Of a stretch of DNA of 64,000 nucleotides, positions 19,519 to 28,262 are shown one piece after another. The position numbers were made by a program, and so were the translations under genes. Below the pieces are notes generated by a model. The model searched no databases. It was not told the DNA's origin and saw only the letters and a list, made by a program, of their open reading frames with translations. The first letter of the stretch is position 1. Each line of letters begins with the position of its first letter. The DNA is taken from the IMG/VR virus record IMGVR_UViG_3300023184_000024, positions 62,001-126,000 of that record. The stretch is one strand, 5' to 3'.

Positions 19519-20250
19519 ATGAGAGACCACCTTCTAGATCTAGTAGAACACACATTTGACTTGGGTTGTATTGACCTAGTCAAAATTACTGGCAATGACC
19601 AGGAAACACTGATTGACGGCATTGCCGAGGATCGTAGTGTTGTAGTACAGGGACGTTTTTTAGCACCAGTATCTGAGTTTGTTGGCGTTTTTGGTATGCC
19701 AAACTTAAGCAAACTCAAGATTCTTTTAAACTTAGAAGCATACCGAGAAAATGCAAAAATCACAGTGTCGCGACAAACTCGCAACGGAGTTGATGCACCA
19801 GTGGGGTTGCACTTTGTGAATGAACACAACGATTTCAAGAACGACTATCGTTTTATGACTTCGGAAATTGTTGCTGAAAAACTTAAAACTGTAAAATTCA
19901 AAGGAGCAACCTGGCACATTGAATTTGAACCAACTGTGGCAGGAATTCAGCGTCTACGAATGCAGGCACAGGCCAATGCCGAGGAAGCCACATTCCAGGC
20001 ACGCACAGACAACGGAGATTTGAAGTTTATGTTTGGTGATCACAGCACACACGCCGGCGAGTTTGTGTTCCAACCCAGCATAAACGGTGAACTCAAACGT
20101 GCGTGGAGTTGGCCCAAGGTACAAATTATGTCAATTATGAGTTTGACCGGTGACAAGCTAATGAAAATCAGCGATGACGGCGCCGCACAAATTACTGTTA
20201 ACTCAGGCATTGCTGAATACAACTATATCTTGCCTGCACAAAGCAAATAA
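19519..20250 (+). CDS. Probable DNA polymerase sliding clamp (gp45-like)
   Basis: 243 aa, next to PolB, two-domain beta-rich pattern, C-terminal YNYILPA; AGGAG RBS. Inferred from size and synteny. Confidence 0.55.
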   Translation: MRDHLLDLVEHTFDLGCIDLVKITGNDQETLIDGIAEDRSVVVQGRFLAPVSEFVGVFGMPNLSKLKILLNLEAYRENAKITVSRQTRNGVDAPVGLHFVNEHNDFKNDYRFMTSEIVAEKLKTVKFKGATWHIEFEPTVAGIQRLRMQAQANAEEATFQARTDNGDLKFMFGDHSTHAGEFVFQPSINGELKRAWSWPKVQIMSIMSLTGDKLMKISDDGAAQITVNSGIAEYNYILPAQSK

Positions 20251-21101
20251 TGAAAACTGCCCACGATCCCATTGTTGATCCCAAAGTACAGGCCAGTATT
20301 CAACACATTGTCAACAACATTGACTGTGCTGACTTGTCGTTGGAGCAATGGGACTTGCAGGCATATCTAGATCAATTTGATCATTGGATAAAGTCCAGTT
20401 CTTATAATGCAATACAAGGACTAGATAGTTTTCCGGTAAGAGCATACAGTTGCGGCTCGTTAGAATCTATTGTGTCATTTGTTCATCGGCATGCTACAAA
20501 ACGTAGAATTAGATTTAGTCGTGCCGAATTCGTTGCCAGCAAGATTGCCGCAAACCATTGTCAATGTAATTGGTGTTTTCTTGAAGATGATGTTATCATG
20601 CCCAATGATGCTGTCATTATCAGTGCACCATTTTCTGGCAATGGGGGATACTATCCCGGCTTTAATAATCTGATTGACTTGTGTAACATCAACAATGTTC
20701 CGGTGTTGCTGGATATTTCTTATTATGGCATCAGTCATGGCATTGCTATAGATGTTGACCAACCATGCATCACCGATGTTGTGTGTAGTTTGAGCAAACC
20801 AATGAATGTGCAATTTAGACTTGGTATAAGGTTTTGTAAAACTGACCATGACGATCTTGTGCAAGTAAATTCAGATTTGAAATTGTTCAATCGATTCAGT
20901 GCCACAGTTGGCATTGAACTTATGAAGAATTACACGCACAATTGGTTTGTTGAAAAATATTTGCCCAAGCATAAAAATATTTGTAAACAACATAATTTAG
21001 AATCCACCAACACATTTACGTTGGCCATTGGTTCATCGCCCGAGTTTATGCGTAACGGGTTTTGTAGGGTTTGCATCACAGAAGAACTATTAAATGATTG
21101 A
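20250..21101 (+). CDS. Short PLP-dependent (fold type I) enzyme-like protein
   Basis: LLDISYYG (DxxY) and CSLSKPM..RLGIRF (SxSK lysine motif); paralog of 33463. Confidence 0.65.
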   Translation: MKTAHDPIVDPKVQASIQHIVNNIDCADLSLEQWDLQAYLDQFDHWIKSSSYNAIQGLDSFPVRAYSCGSLESIVSFVHRHATKRRIRFSRAEFVASKIAANHCQCNWCFLEDDVIMPNDAVIISAPFSGNGGYYPGFNNLIDLCNINNVPVLLDISYYGISHGIAIDVDQPCITDVVCSLSKPMNVQFRLGIRFCKTDHDDLVQVNSDLKLFNRFSATVGIELMKNYTHNWFVEKYLPKHKNICKQHNLESTNTFTLAIGSSPEFMRNGFCRVCITEELLND

Positions 21102-21675
21102 ATTTACAAAAAACTATCCCGGTGACTATCTGCATTGCGGGCAAATGGATTTGCCGTGGGAACAAATACACCGGGACTTGCAAACGGTTGCAGACGAACA
21201 AACTAAAAATTGGTCAATCATTGACAACGGTGCTTACCAGGATAATGCCAGTGTTCTACAAAATGAATACAAAAAATACGGTTACAATCAACACAACACA
21301 CAAAGTTGGAAAACCACAAACTTTGACCCTAAAATTAACTTCGAATGGGAAAATTTAATTGCTGAAGTATTGCCCTTGGACAATGCTGTTGTTACAATAC
21401 ACAGACAAGATCCAGGACAGGTGTTGCCTTGGCACATTGATCGATTTTTCATGCACAAGCGTTTGTATCCCAACGACGAAAGACCAATTTGGAGATTTCT
21501 GGTATTCTTGGAAGAATGGCAGAATGGACATGTATTGCAGGTAGGCAACTCCGTGTTGCATCACTGGCAACAAGGTGACACTGTAGTATGGACACCAGGA
21601 ACATGGCACTTGGCTGCCAACGTAGGTCTAAATAAAAAGTGGACTGCTAACATCACAGGATTTTTAAAAGTTTAA
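21094..21675 (+). CDS. 2OG-Fe(II) oxygenase / cupin-fold protein
   Basis: LPWHID (HxD) and distal WHLAAN His; double-stranded beta-helix pattern. Confidence 0.7.
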   Translation: MIEFTKNYPGDYLHCGQMDLPWEQIHRDLQTVADEQTKNWSIIDNGAYQDNASVLQNEYKKYGYNQHNTQSWKTTNFDPKINFEWENLIAEVLPLDNAVVTIHRQDPGQVLPWHIDRFFMHKRLYPNDERPIWRFLVFLEEWQNGHVLQVGNSVLHHWQQGDTVVWTPGTWHLAANVGLNKKWTANITGFLKV

Positions 21676-23240
21676 TGACGCAAGATAATTTAACCTCTAA
21701 GCAAAACGATTACGCTGTGTTTCTACCAGCAATATCGGGCTTCTATGCCACGTTCATAGGTAAACAGCGTGATCCTATGAACGGACCATATGTGGAGCCT
21801 GCACGTATGCCACAGGGCATGCCTGACATGGAACAGATGAATTGGCTCAACAGTCAACAGGCATTGTTTCCATACAAGTGGTCATTGTACTCAGGTGGTC
21901 ACGCCAACCTAGACTTGAACAAACAAGACTGGTCAGAAGACATGGTTCGTAATCGTGAACCTGGCACTGTAATCTTAGGCGACTCGGGTGGTTTCCAAAT
22001 TGCCAAAGGCCTATGGGAAGGTGACTGGAAAGCCAACTCGGGTTGCGGCAAGGCACAAAAGAAGCGCGATGCTGTGCTCAAGTGGTTAGACGGGGTTTCT
22101 GACTATGGCATGATCTTGGATATTCCCACATGGGTTATCCATGACAAGAAAGCATCAGCGGCTTGTCAAATTACCACACTGCAAGAAGCTGTGGATGCTA
22201 CCAAGTTCAACAATGAATACTTCATGGCTCATCGCAAGGGTGTTAAAAATGGTGGTGCCAAGTTCTTGAACGTGTTGCAGGGCGCCAATCATGCTGACGC
22301 AGATCGCTGGTACGACATGATGAAACACTACTGCGATCCTGCACAATACCCTGACACACATTTCAATGGGTGGTCAATGGGCGGACAAAACATGTGCGAT
22401 GTGCATTTGGTGCTACGACGACTAGTAGCACTGCGTCACGACAACCTGCTACAGCAAGGTGTTCATGATTGGATGCACTTCTTGGGCACATCAAAGTTGG
22501 AATGGGCTGTGTTACTCACCGTGATTCAAAGAGCAGTTAGAAAATACGTTAATCCGTCTTTTACTATCTCCTTTGATTGTGCCAGCCCATTCCTTGCCAC
22601 AGCCAATGGACAGGTCTACCATGAAATTGTGTTGCCGCACGATGGCAAGTGGTCATATAGAATGAATCCCATTGTAGATGACAAAAAGTATGCCGCAGAC
22701 ACAAGGCCCTTTGGGCAAGCAGTGGTAGCAGACGGTTTGGTTGATAAGTTTGATGAAAGCCCAATCAGTCTCAATTTGCAAATGAAAGACATTTGTTATT
22801 ACAAGCCTGGTGATTTGAACAAGATCGGTAAAGAAGGCAAGACTTCGTGGGATAGTTTTAGCTATGCCTTGCTGATGGGTCACAATGTTTGGTTGCATTT
22901 GGAATCTGTGCAACGTGCCAATCGTGAGTTTGATGCAGGCTCTAGACCCAGAATGATGTGGGATGTCAACGGCAGTCATGAAAAGTTTGAGGACATTGTT
23001 GAGGCCATATTTGCCACTCCAGATCGAGCCACAGCTGAGGCTATTATTGAGAACTATGATCGTTATTGGATGGATATTGTAGGTACACGTGGATTCAAAG
23101 GTAAAAAGGCAAAGAACGCACATACTCAATTCAATGCACTGTTTGAAATTGGAAAAGTTGAAGTTGACGGGGGATCCGATGATAGTGTACAATTAGATAC
23201 ACTGGCACTAGATCAACTTGAGCAGGAACAAAAAATATGA
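21675..23240 (+). CDS. tRNA-guanine transglycosylase superfamily protein, probable DNA 7-deazaguanine transglycosylase (DpdA-like)
   Basis: LGDSGGFQ, MILDIP, LNVLQG, HFLGTS and SFDCAS TGT-type motifs; lacks the tRNA-TGT zinc motif; co-occurs with folE/queD/queE. Confidence 0.75.
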   Translation: MTQDNLTSKQNDYAVFLPAISGFYATFIGKQRDPMNGPYVEPARMPQGMPDMEQMNWLNSQQALFPYKWSLYSGGHANLDLNKQDWSEDMVRNREPGTVILGDSGGFQIAKGLWEGDWKANSGCGKAQKKRDAVLKWLDGVSDYGMILDIPTWVIHDKKASAACQITTLQEAVDATKFNNEYFMAHRKGVKNGGAKFLNVLQGANHADADRWYDMMKHYCDPAQYPDTHFNGWSMGGQNMCDVHLVLRRLVALRHDNLLQQGVHDWMHFLGTSKLEWAVLLTVIQRAVRKYVNPSFTISFDCASPFLATANGQVYHEIVLPHDGKWSYRMNPIVDDKKYAADTRPFGQAVVADGLVDKFDESPISLNLQMKDICYYKPGDLNKIGKEGKTSWDSFSYALLMGHNVWLHLESVQRANREFDAGSRPRMMWDVNGSHEKFEDIVEAIFATPDRATAEAIIENYDRYWMDIVGTRGFKGKKAKNAHTQFNALFEIGKVEVDGGSDDSVQLDTLALDQLEQEQKI

Positions 23241-23746
23241 ATAGAGAAGGACACAACAATACCAAATTCTTTACCGGGGTAGAAGTAGAACATACTCCTG
23301 CGTTCGGTAAAAAAACATTGTTTGTAGTGGGGATACAACCAGTTGCTGACATTGCGTTAAATCTAAATGGGTGTGAGCACATTTATTTTGGTGCCAATAT
23401 GAGTTTCCCGTCAAGCATACGCACCAACGATGCTGTGTTCTGGAATCCATGGGAACATATGATTGAGCACTTTTTATCCAGAGGATATACGTGTACCTTA
23501 GACATCAATGTTTCTCAAGTAGAAGGCTTGCTAGAAACTGGATTATGCGAATACAACAATTTTATTCCCATGATATCTGTTAAGTTGCCGTATGCAAGAC
23601 AACTTGGATATAATGCCACAATCAAAATTGACGACAAAGATTTTGCCGCAACCAATCCAGGAGTTTGGTGTCATAGCGTACACGATTTGATGGCAAGAGA
23701 TAAATTCACAGACTGGAATCAATATAAAAAAGATGAGGTGTTATAA
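23237..23746 (+). CDS. Conserved hypothetical protein translationally coupled to the TGT-like gene
   Basis: ATGA overlap; FTGVEVEHTP..GKKTLFVVG and HIYFGAN motifs. Confidence 0.65.
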   Translation: MNREGHNNTKFFTGVEVEHTPAFGKKTLFVVGIQPVADIALNLNGCEHIYFGANMSFPSSIRTNDAVFWNPWEHMIEHFLSRGYTCTLDINVSQVEGLLETGLCEYNNFIPMISVKLPYARQLGYNATIKIDDKDFAATNPGVWCHSVHDLMARDKFTDWNQYKKDEVL

Positions 23747-23967
23747 TGAAAACGTTTGACACATTTGAAGAAGTACAAGGAATGATGCCTTGTGTTAAGA
23801 GACCTATTATTGTACATGCTAAGAAATTTGAATTTGACTTTCGTGTAAACACACTAGAAGGCAATTACAAACAGGGCAAAGCAGGCGATTATCTAATGCG
23901 TGGCATTGATGGCGAACTGTATATTTGCGATGGTCCTATCTTTGAACGAAGCTACGATTTTGTATGA
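23746..23967 (+). CDS. Small hypothetical protein (TLEG...GDYL type)
   Basis: Coupled ORF with a VNTLEG..GKAGDYLMRG..GELY..F..SY pattern. Confidence 0.6.
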   Translation: MKTFDTFEEVQGMMPCVKRPIIVHAKKFEFDFRVNTLEGNYKQGKAGDYLMRGIDGELYICDGPIFERSYDFV

Positions 23968-24152
23968 ACGAACGAATTAAAGAACTTGCCGAACAGGCCG
24001 GCTGGGACAATCATCACTCAAAATTTGATACTAGGATTGAAAAGTTCGCCGAGTTGATTGTGAAAGAAACTTTACAAATTGCTAGAGTGGGTATGGAGTT
24101 TGGACCCAGTATGGAAGAAGCAGTTTACACTTATTTCGGAGTTGAAGAATGA
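23964..24152 (+). CDS. MNERIKELA/EKFAELIV family small protein, copy 1
   Basis: Paralog of 24149 and 24740. Confidence 0.7.
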   Translation: MNERIKELAEQAGWDNHHSKFDTRIEKFAELIVKETLQIARVGMEFGPSMEEAVYTYFGVEE

Positions 24153-24439
24153 ACGAACGAATTAAAGAACTTGCTAGGCAAACTGGCATTATTGATGTAG
24201 AACTATTGAATGATTCACAGGCTAAGATGCTTGAAAAGTTCGCCGAGTTGATTGTTCGGGAATGTATCGGATGTTGTGAACAAGTTATTAGTGATCCTGT
24301 CCCTAAATCAGTTGACACTTGGCTTAACGGTGGTTCTCAATGTATTGACCAGATTAAACAACATTTCGGAGTTGATGGTATGTCAACGGAAGATAAAAAG
24401 ACCCTAATCAAAGAATTACTAGGAGTGAAGAATGATTGA
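24149..24439 (+). CDS. MNERIKELA/EKFAELIV family small protein, copy 2
   Basis: Shares N-terminal and EKFAELIV.EC blocks. Confidence 0.7.
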   Translation: MNERIKELARQTGIIDVELLNDSQAKMLEKFAELIVRECIGCCEQVISDPVPKSVDTWLNGGSQCIDQIKQHFGVDGMSTEDKKTLIKELLGVKND

Positions 24440-24743
24440 CTACTACGAAGCACTTAAAGAAATGCACCAGGGTAATGTGGTCAAATATGTTGGCACAGTG
24501 AATGGCAATGTGATGAGCGATAATGGTGCCAGTTTCTGTATGTGCCGTGGTTGTATCTTTCTTTTTGATGCGGGCGTAATCAAGTGGAACAAGTTGGGAT
24601 ATATGGTCTACGATCCAGACTTTCGTTATGAACTCACAGGTGAAACTGTGGATCCAAGAGCATGGAAACCAGAAAAGAAAACGGACCGTAAAGAGATTAA
24701 ATCAAAGTTAGGCTACAGCCGCATAGGAAGGAATAATGTATGA
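24432..24743 (+). CDS. Hypothetical protein
   Basis: Coupled ORF with GGAG RBS. Confidence 0.6.
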   Translation: MIDYYEALKEMHQGNVVKYVGTVNGNVMSDNGASFCMCRGCIFLFDAGVIKWNKLGYMVYDPDFRYELTGETVDPRAWKPEKKTDRKEIKSKLGYSRIGRNNV

Positions 24744-24943
24744 AAAAGATACCAATGTTAGAAAAGTTTGCCGCACAAAGTCTTGTTGAACACGACGGTG
24801 AGTTGATTTTTAGTAAAGAAAAGTTCGCCGAGTTGATTGTGGAAGAATGTGCCATGGTGATTGAGAAAAATTTATATAAAAATATTGGCTGGAACACTAG
24901 CAGGAAAGTTAAACAACATTTTGGAATTGAGGAAGAAGAATGA
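24740..24943 (+). CDS. EKFAELIV family small protein, copy 3
   Basis: EKFAELIVEECA...KQHFGIEE. Confidence 0.7.
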   Translation: MKKIPMLEKFAAQSLVEHDGELIFSKEKFAELIVEECAMVIEKNLYKNIGWNTSRKVKQHFGIEEEE

Positions 24944-25422
24944 GTCAAGTATACCTAATCAAACCGCTGAAAAAGAAAAGCATTGTCTACCACGTTGAGA
25001 TGTTCCGTGACAATCCTGACGGTAGCACTAGCTGGTTTAACATCGATGAAACATATCGTTGGGGCCAGGGCTTTATTGAAGCGGATATGGACTGCAATCT
25101 TCCTTGGCAAGGCGATACAGTTGCTTACGCTAAAATCGATGCAGGCTGGGGCTGTGAGTTTGACGACAGCATCAGCATTGAGTGGGAATTCAGCGATGAC
25201 ATCACCGAACTTGATCAACAAGAACTCAAAGAACTTTACTACGAAGGTGGTGCAGGTTGGCTTTATGATGGTGAACATGATTGGCAAGAAGAAGATGCCG
25301 CAGTACATATCATTGCACCATACCAAGTTGATTTATGCGAAGAAGATGGCACAGTCATTGAAGAAAACGTAAAATTAAAACCACGTCCTACTCCTAGTAA
25401 TGACTGGCCTTTCCCAAATTAA
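24940..25422 (+). CDS. Acidic hypothetical protein
   Basis: Coupled 160-aa ORF. Confidence 0.65.
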   Translation: MSQVYLIKPLKKKSIVYHVEMFRDNPDGSTSWFNIDETYRWGQGFIEADMDCNLPWQGDTVAYAKIDAGWGCEFDDSISIEWEFSDDITELDQQELKELYYEGGAGWLYDGEHDWQEEDAAVHIIAPYQVDLCEEDGTVIEENVKLKPRPTPSNDWPFPN

Positions 25423-25432
25423 AGGAATAATT

Positions 25433-25939
25433 ATGGCAACATGGACTATTAGAACACACTACAAAAAATCTTGTGAACAGATTGAGTATTTCTACAATCG
25501 CAAAAACGATGACAAAATTGTTGTGCATGACGGATTTCGACGTGCAGAGTTTACCATCGAAACCACTGATGATGAATTTCCGCAGATTGAGTTTACAGAA
25601 GTGCCAGGTGGCGATGGTAAAACAGACAGCATAGACTTATTCAGTTTGTCTGGTGACAATATTGAATCAACTGAAATGGTTGAAATGTACGATGGTGGTT
25701 GCTGGGGCGATGTCGAAATCGAAGTTGAGGATGAAGAAGAAGCAGAACGACTGCGTGAACTTATTCAAGAAGAAGGTGCGTGGGCACTAGAAGAAGACGG
25801 CGACGGCGATTGGTATCTAAGTGATACTGAATGTTGGGTCTGGGGACCACTAGAAATTGAAGACGAAGCAGGCAATGTGCGTATCATTTGCGCAGATGAG
25901 GATGGCAATGTCATCGACTTTGTAGAGGACAACGAATGA
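25433..25939 (+). CDS. Acidic hypothetical protein
   Basis: AAGGA RBS supports ATG 25433 (MATWTIRT). Confidence 0.65.
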   Translation: MATWTIRTHYKKSCEQIEYFYNRKNDDKIVVHDGFRRAEFTIETTDDEFPQIEFTEVPGGDGKTDSIDLFSLSGDNIESTEMVEMYDGGCWGDVEIEVEDEEEAERLRELIQEEGAWALEEDGDGDWYLSDTECWVWGPLEIEDEAGNVRIICADEDGNVIDFVEDNE

Positions 25940-26262
25940 AATGGTTTGATCGATGGTTTACCAACAAATGCAAACAAGCATTGGGCATTGAGGATGATAC
26001 TCGTGAAGAAGATGCGTATCAACCTATGACAAGTTCCAAGCAAAGACGTAACACTGTTATTAGTCGTCGGGATGATATGGACCTTCCCGACGGCGGCCTA
26101 AATATCCAAGTAAAGTCTGCACTTGGTGGCAAGATTGTCATCTTCCGTAACTACGATGAGCGCAATGATCGTAACTTGTACACCACCTATCTAATTCACG
26201 ACAGTGAAAACTTTGAGTCTAGCTTGGGCAAAATCATCACCATGGAAAGTATGAAGCTATGA
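25936..26262 (+). CDS. Hypothetical protein
   Basis: Coupled ORF. Confidence 0.6.
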   Translation: MKWFDRWFTNKCKQALGIEDDTREEDAYQPMTSSKQRRNTVISRRDDMDLPDGGLNIQVKSALGGKIVIFRNYDERNDRNLYTTYLIHDSENFESSLGKIITMESMKL

Positions 26263-26606
26263 TTAAAAATATTTCTTCGTCGGGCAAGTATCTTCAGGTG
26301 CAAGGTGGAAATAATGTATATCCTTACATCAGCCCCGGTGCTGCCAATGCCGGCCAATTAAGATTTAATACTAACACAAGCAATCTTGAAATATGGGACG
26401 GGGTTGCATGGAAAGACATCAATAACACCTACACCAGCATTGGCTTAACTGGCGAAGCCGAATTGTTGTTGGATTGGGCTCGTACCAAACGTGATGAAGA
26501 TATCAAGTTCCAAGCATTGGTAGAGTCACACCCTGGCGTCCAAGACCTAAAAGAAAAATTAGATATAATGGTTGCTTTGGTCAAGCAAGAAAAGTTCATT
26601 AAATGA
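26259..26606 (+). CDS. Hypothetical protein
   Basis: Coupled ORF. Confidence 0.6.
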   Translation: MIKNISSSGKYLQVQGGNNVYPYISPGAANAGQLRFNTNTSNLEIWDGVAWKDINNTYTSIGLTGEAELLLDWARTKRDEDIKFQALVESHPGVQDLKEKLDIMVALVKQEKFIK

Positions 26607-26623
26607 AACATGTGCGGCTCTGG

Positions 26624-26652
26624 TTGACTTTTATACAACAAAGCACTATAAT
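26624..26652 (+). promoter_or_regulatory. sigma70-type promoter
   Basis: GGTTGACT-N17-TATAAT upstream of the DpdL-like gene. Confidence 0.75.
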
Positions 26653-26678
26653 AACTTATACATTAACTGGAAAGAACT

Positions 26679-27122
26679 ATGAATCAAGAGCAACGAGATC
26701 GAATTGAAAGATGTAAACAATATGCAGATAGAAAAATCTGGGTTACCTTCCGCAAAGAAGGAATCCACAAATACCCCGCTGCCGCTAGTGATCCAATGCT
26801 GGCGACCGGTGATGAATATGATGTGTCTTTTCTTGGGGTGCCTCATCGACACATCTTTCATTTCCGAGTTTGGATCGATGTTTTTCATAATGATCGCGAT
26901 ATTGAATTCATCCAGTTCAAACGCTGGTTGGAAAAGCTCTATGCCGGCGGAACACTTGAACTCAACTTCAAAAGTTGCGAAATGATCTCAGATGATCTGT
27001 ACCTGCAGATTGCTCAAGGGTATCCTGACCGTTCGGTCTGGATTGAAGTGGCTGAAGATGGCGAGAACGGCGCTTTGATCAAATATGAAATTTCTCGCCC
27101 AAGTTTATCAATTGTAAATTAA
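26679..27122 (+). CDS. QueD-paralog T-fold protein, DpdL-like (putative 7-carboxy-7-deazaguanine decarboxylase)
   Basis: FLGVPHRHIF = LxxxHRHxF in place of QueD CxxxHGHxY; SCEMI and EVAEDGENG T-fold C-terminus. Confidence 0.65.
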   Translation: MNQEQRDRIERCKQYADRKIWVTFRKEGIHKYPAAASDPMLATGDEYDVSFLGVPHRHIFHFRVWIDVFHNDRDIEFIQFKRWLEKLYAGGTLELNFKSCEMISDDLYLQIAQGYPDRSVWIEVAEDGENGALIKYEISRPSLSIVN

Positions 27123-27133
27123 AAAGGAATAGT

Positions 27134-27373
27134 ATGGCCAAGCCTACAATCAAATCCAACCCACGTGTGGCCGAAATCCTCGAAGAGCTGGAAGGCTTTT
27201 TAGAATTCTGTCAAGACTATGGTTATCGGTATAACGAAGCCGACATGTATAACTTCAAGAGTTATGCATTCCAACAATACAGCAAATTCATGCAGGGCAA
27301 GAACGCTAAGAATATGTGGGACGAGGACACTCGAAGATTTGCTGGTTACACTAGTAGACCAACATATAGATGA
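27134..27373 (+). CDS. Hypothetical protein
   Basis: AAGGA RBS; 79 aa. Confidence 0.65.
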   Translation: MAKPTIKSNPRVAEILEELEGFLEFCQDYGYRYNEADMYNFKSYAFQQYSKFMQGKNAKNMWDEDTRRFAGYTSRPTYR

Positions 27374-28251
27374 TCAACATTATCTTTGTGCCTGGGACAT
27401 TTGGTACTACCGTTGAGTACGTACTAAGATCCCAGACTGTGCAAGGAACACCAATTGATACAAAAATTGCCAGTGATGGGTCAATGCACACAATAAACAA
27501 ATTGGCGCACTTTACCCATCCTGCAACAATTAAACAATTTTTCCAATCAGAGTACGATCCAACCACAATCACTACTCCTATATATGGATTTGCAGAAGTT
27601 ACCTTAGATCAAGTCTTGACAGTGTTCGAGGGGAAATCAACCCCGTTGGACAAGAATGTATTAATATATTGCTCGGACTTCAGCTGGGCAGAAATTAACA
27701 TTTTATTCAACTATCATAAAGTTGCAGTAGGAACTGAGTTTTGCAAAGGTTTACAAATCTTTGATGATCGAAGCTCGCCAGTTTTCAAGAACTATGACAC
27801 GTTTAGAGCTTGGCAATCTCAGCCCTTGTGGCAATGGAGGAACTGGTTCAGTGAGTACTATCCAAATTGGGTGTCTTCATGGATTTCCAGTGTCAATGAA
27901 GTGCCCGATTCGTTTTTAACAATTTCAAACCAAGAAATTTTATCAAACCCACACCAATCGTTGGAAAAAATTATTAGGCATTGCAATCTTGATTCTAAAT
28001 ATAGTCTCAATGAGTTTGCAACAGAATGGCAAGACAAACAACAATATGTCTTGCAAAATTATCAAACAATATGTACAATTAGAGATTGTATAGTTGACAA
28101 CCAGTATTTTGAATACAAACCGTTAAACATTGTAAGTGAAGCAATATTAAAACACAAGTTAAAAGATTCCGGATTTGTATTAAACGCAGATGGACTTGAT
28201 GTATTGCCACTTGACACTGTTGAATTGCGTAAATTACTATCATTGATATAA
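27370..28251 (+). CDS. Hypothetical protein (possible sulfotransferase/P-loop-like fold)
   Basis: IIFVPGTFGTTVEYVL N-terminal loop; assignment weak. Confidence 0.5.
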   Translation: MINIIFVPGTFGTTVEYVLRSQTVQGTPIDTKIASDGSMHTINKLAHFTHPATIKQFFQSEYDPTTITTPIYGFAEVTLDQVLTVFEGKSTPLDKNVLIYCSDFSWAEINILFNYHKVAVGTEFCKGLQIFDDRSSPVFKNYDTFRAWQSQPLWQWRNWFSEYYPNWVSSWISSVNEVPDSFLTISNQEILSNPHQSLEKIIRHCNLDSKYSLNEFATEWQDKQQYVLQNYQTICTIRDCIVDNQYFEYKPLNIVSEAILKHKLKDSGFVLNADGLDVLPLDTVELRKLLSLI

Positions 28252-28262
28252 AGGATGCTACA

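Larger units (their letters stand above)
24039..24840 (+). repeat. 23-bp exact repeat GAAAAGTTCGCCGAGTTGATTGT (3 copies)
   Basis: Copies at 24039-24061, 24233-24255 and 24818-24840; also a 26-bp ATGAACGAACGAATTAAAGAACTTGC repeat at 23964 and 24149. Confidence 0.9.

Noticed and set aside
21675-23240. Ordinary queuine tRNA-ribosyltransferase (tgt)
   Set aside because: It is much longer and more divergent, lacks the CxCxxC zinc motif, sits in the replication operon, and no QueF/QueA/QueG is present. A DNA-acting role is more plausible, though untested.
23964-24943. Possible CRISPR array from the 23-bp and 18-bp repeats
   Set aside because: The repeats are in-frame parts of coding sequences, irregularly spaced over hundreds of bp; there are no uniform spacers or cas genes.
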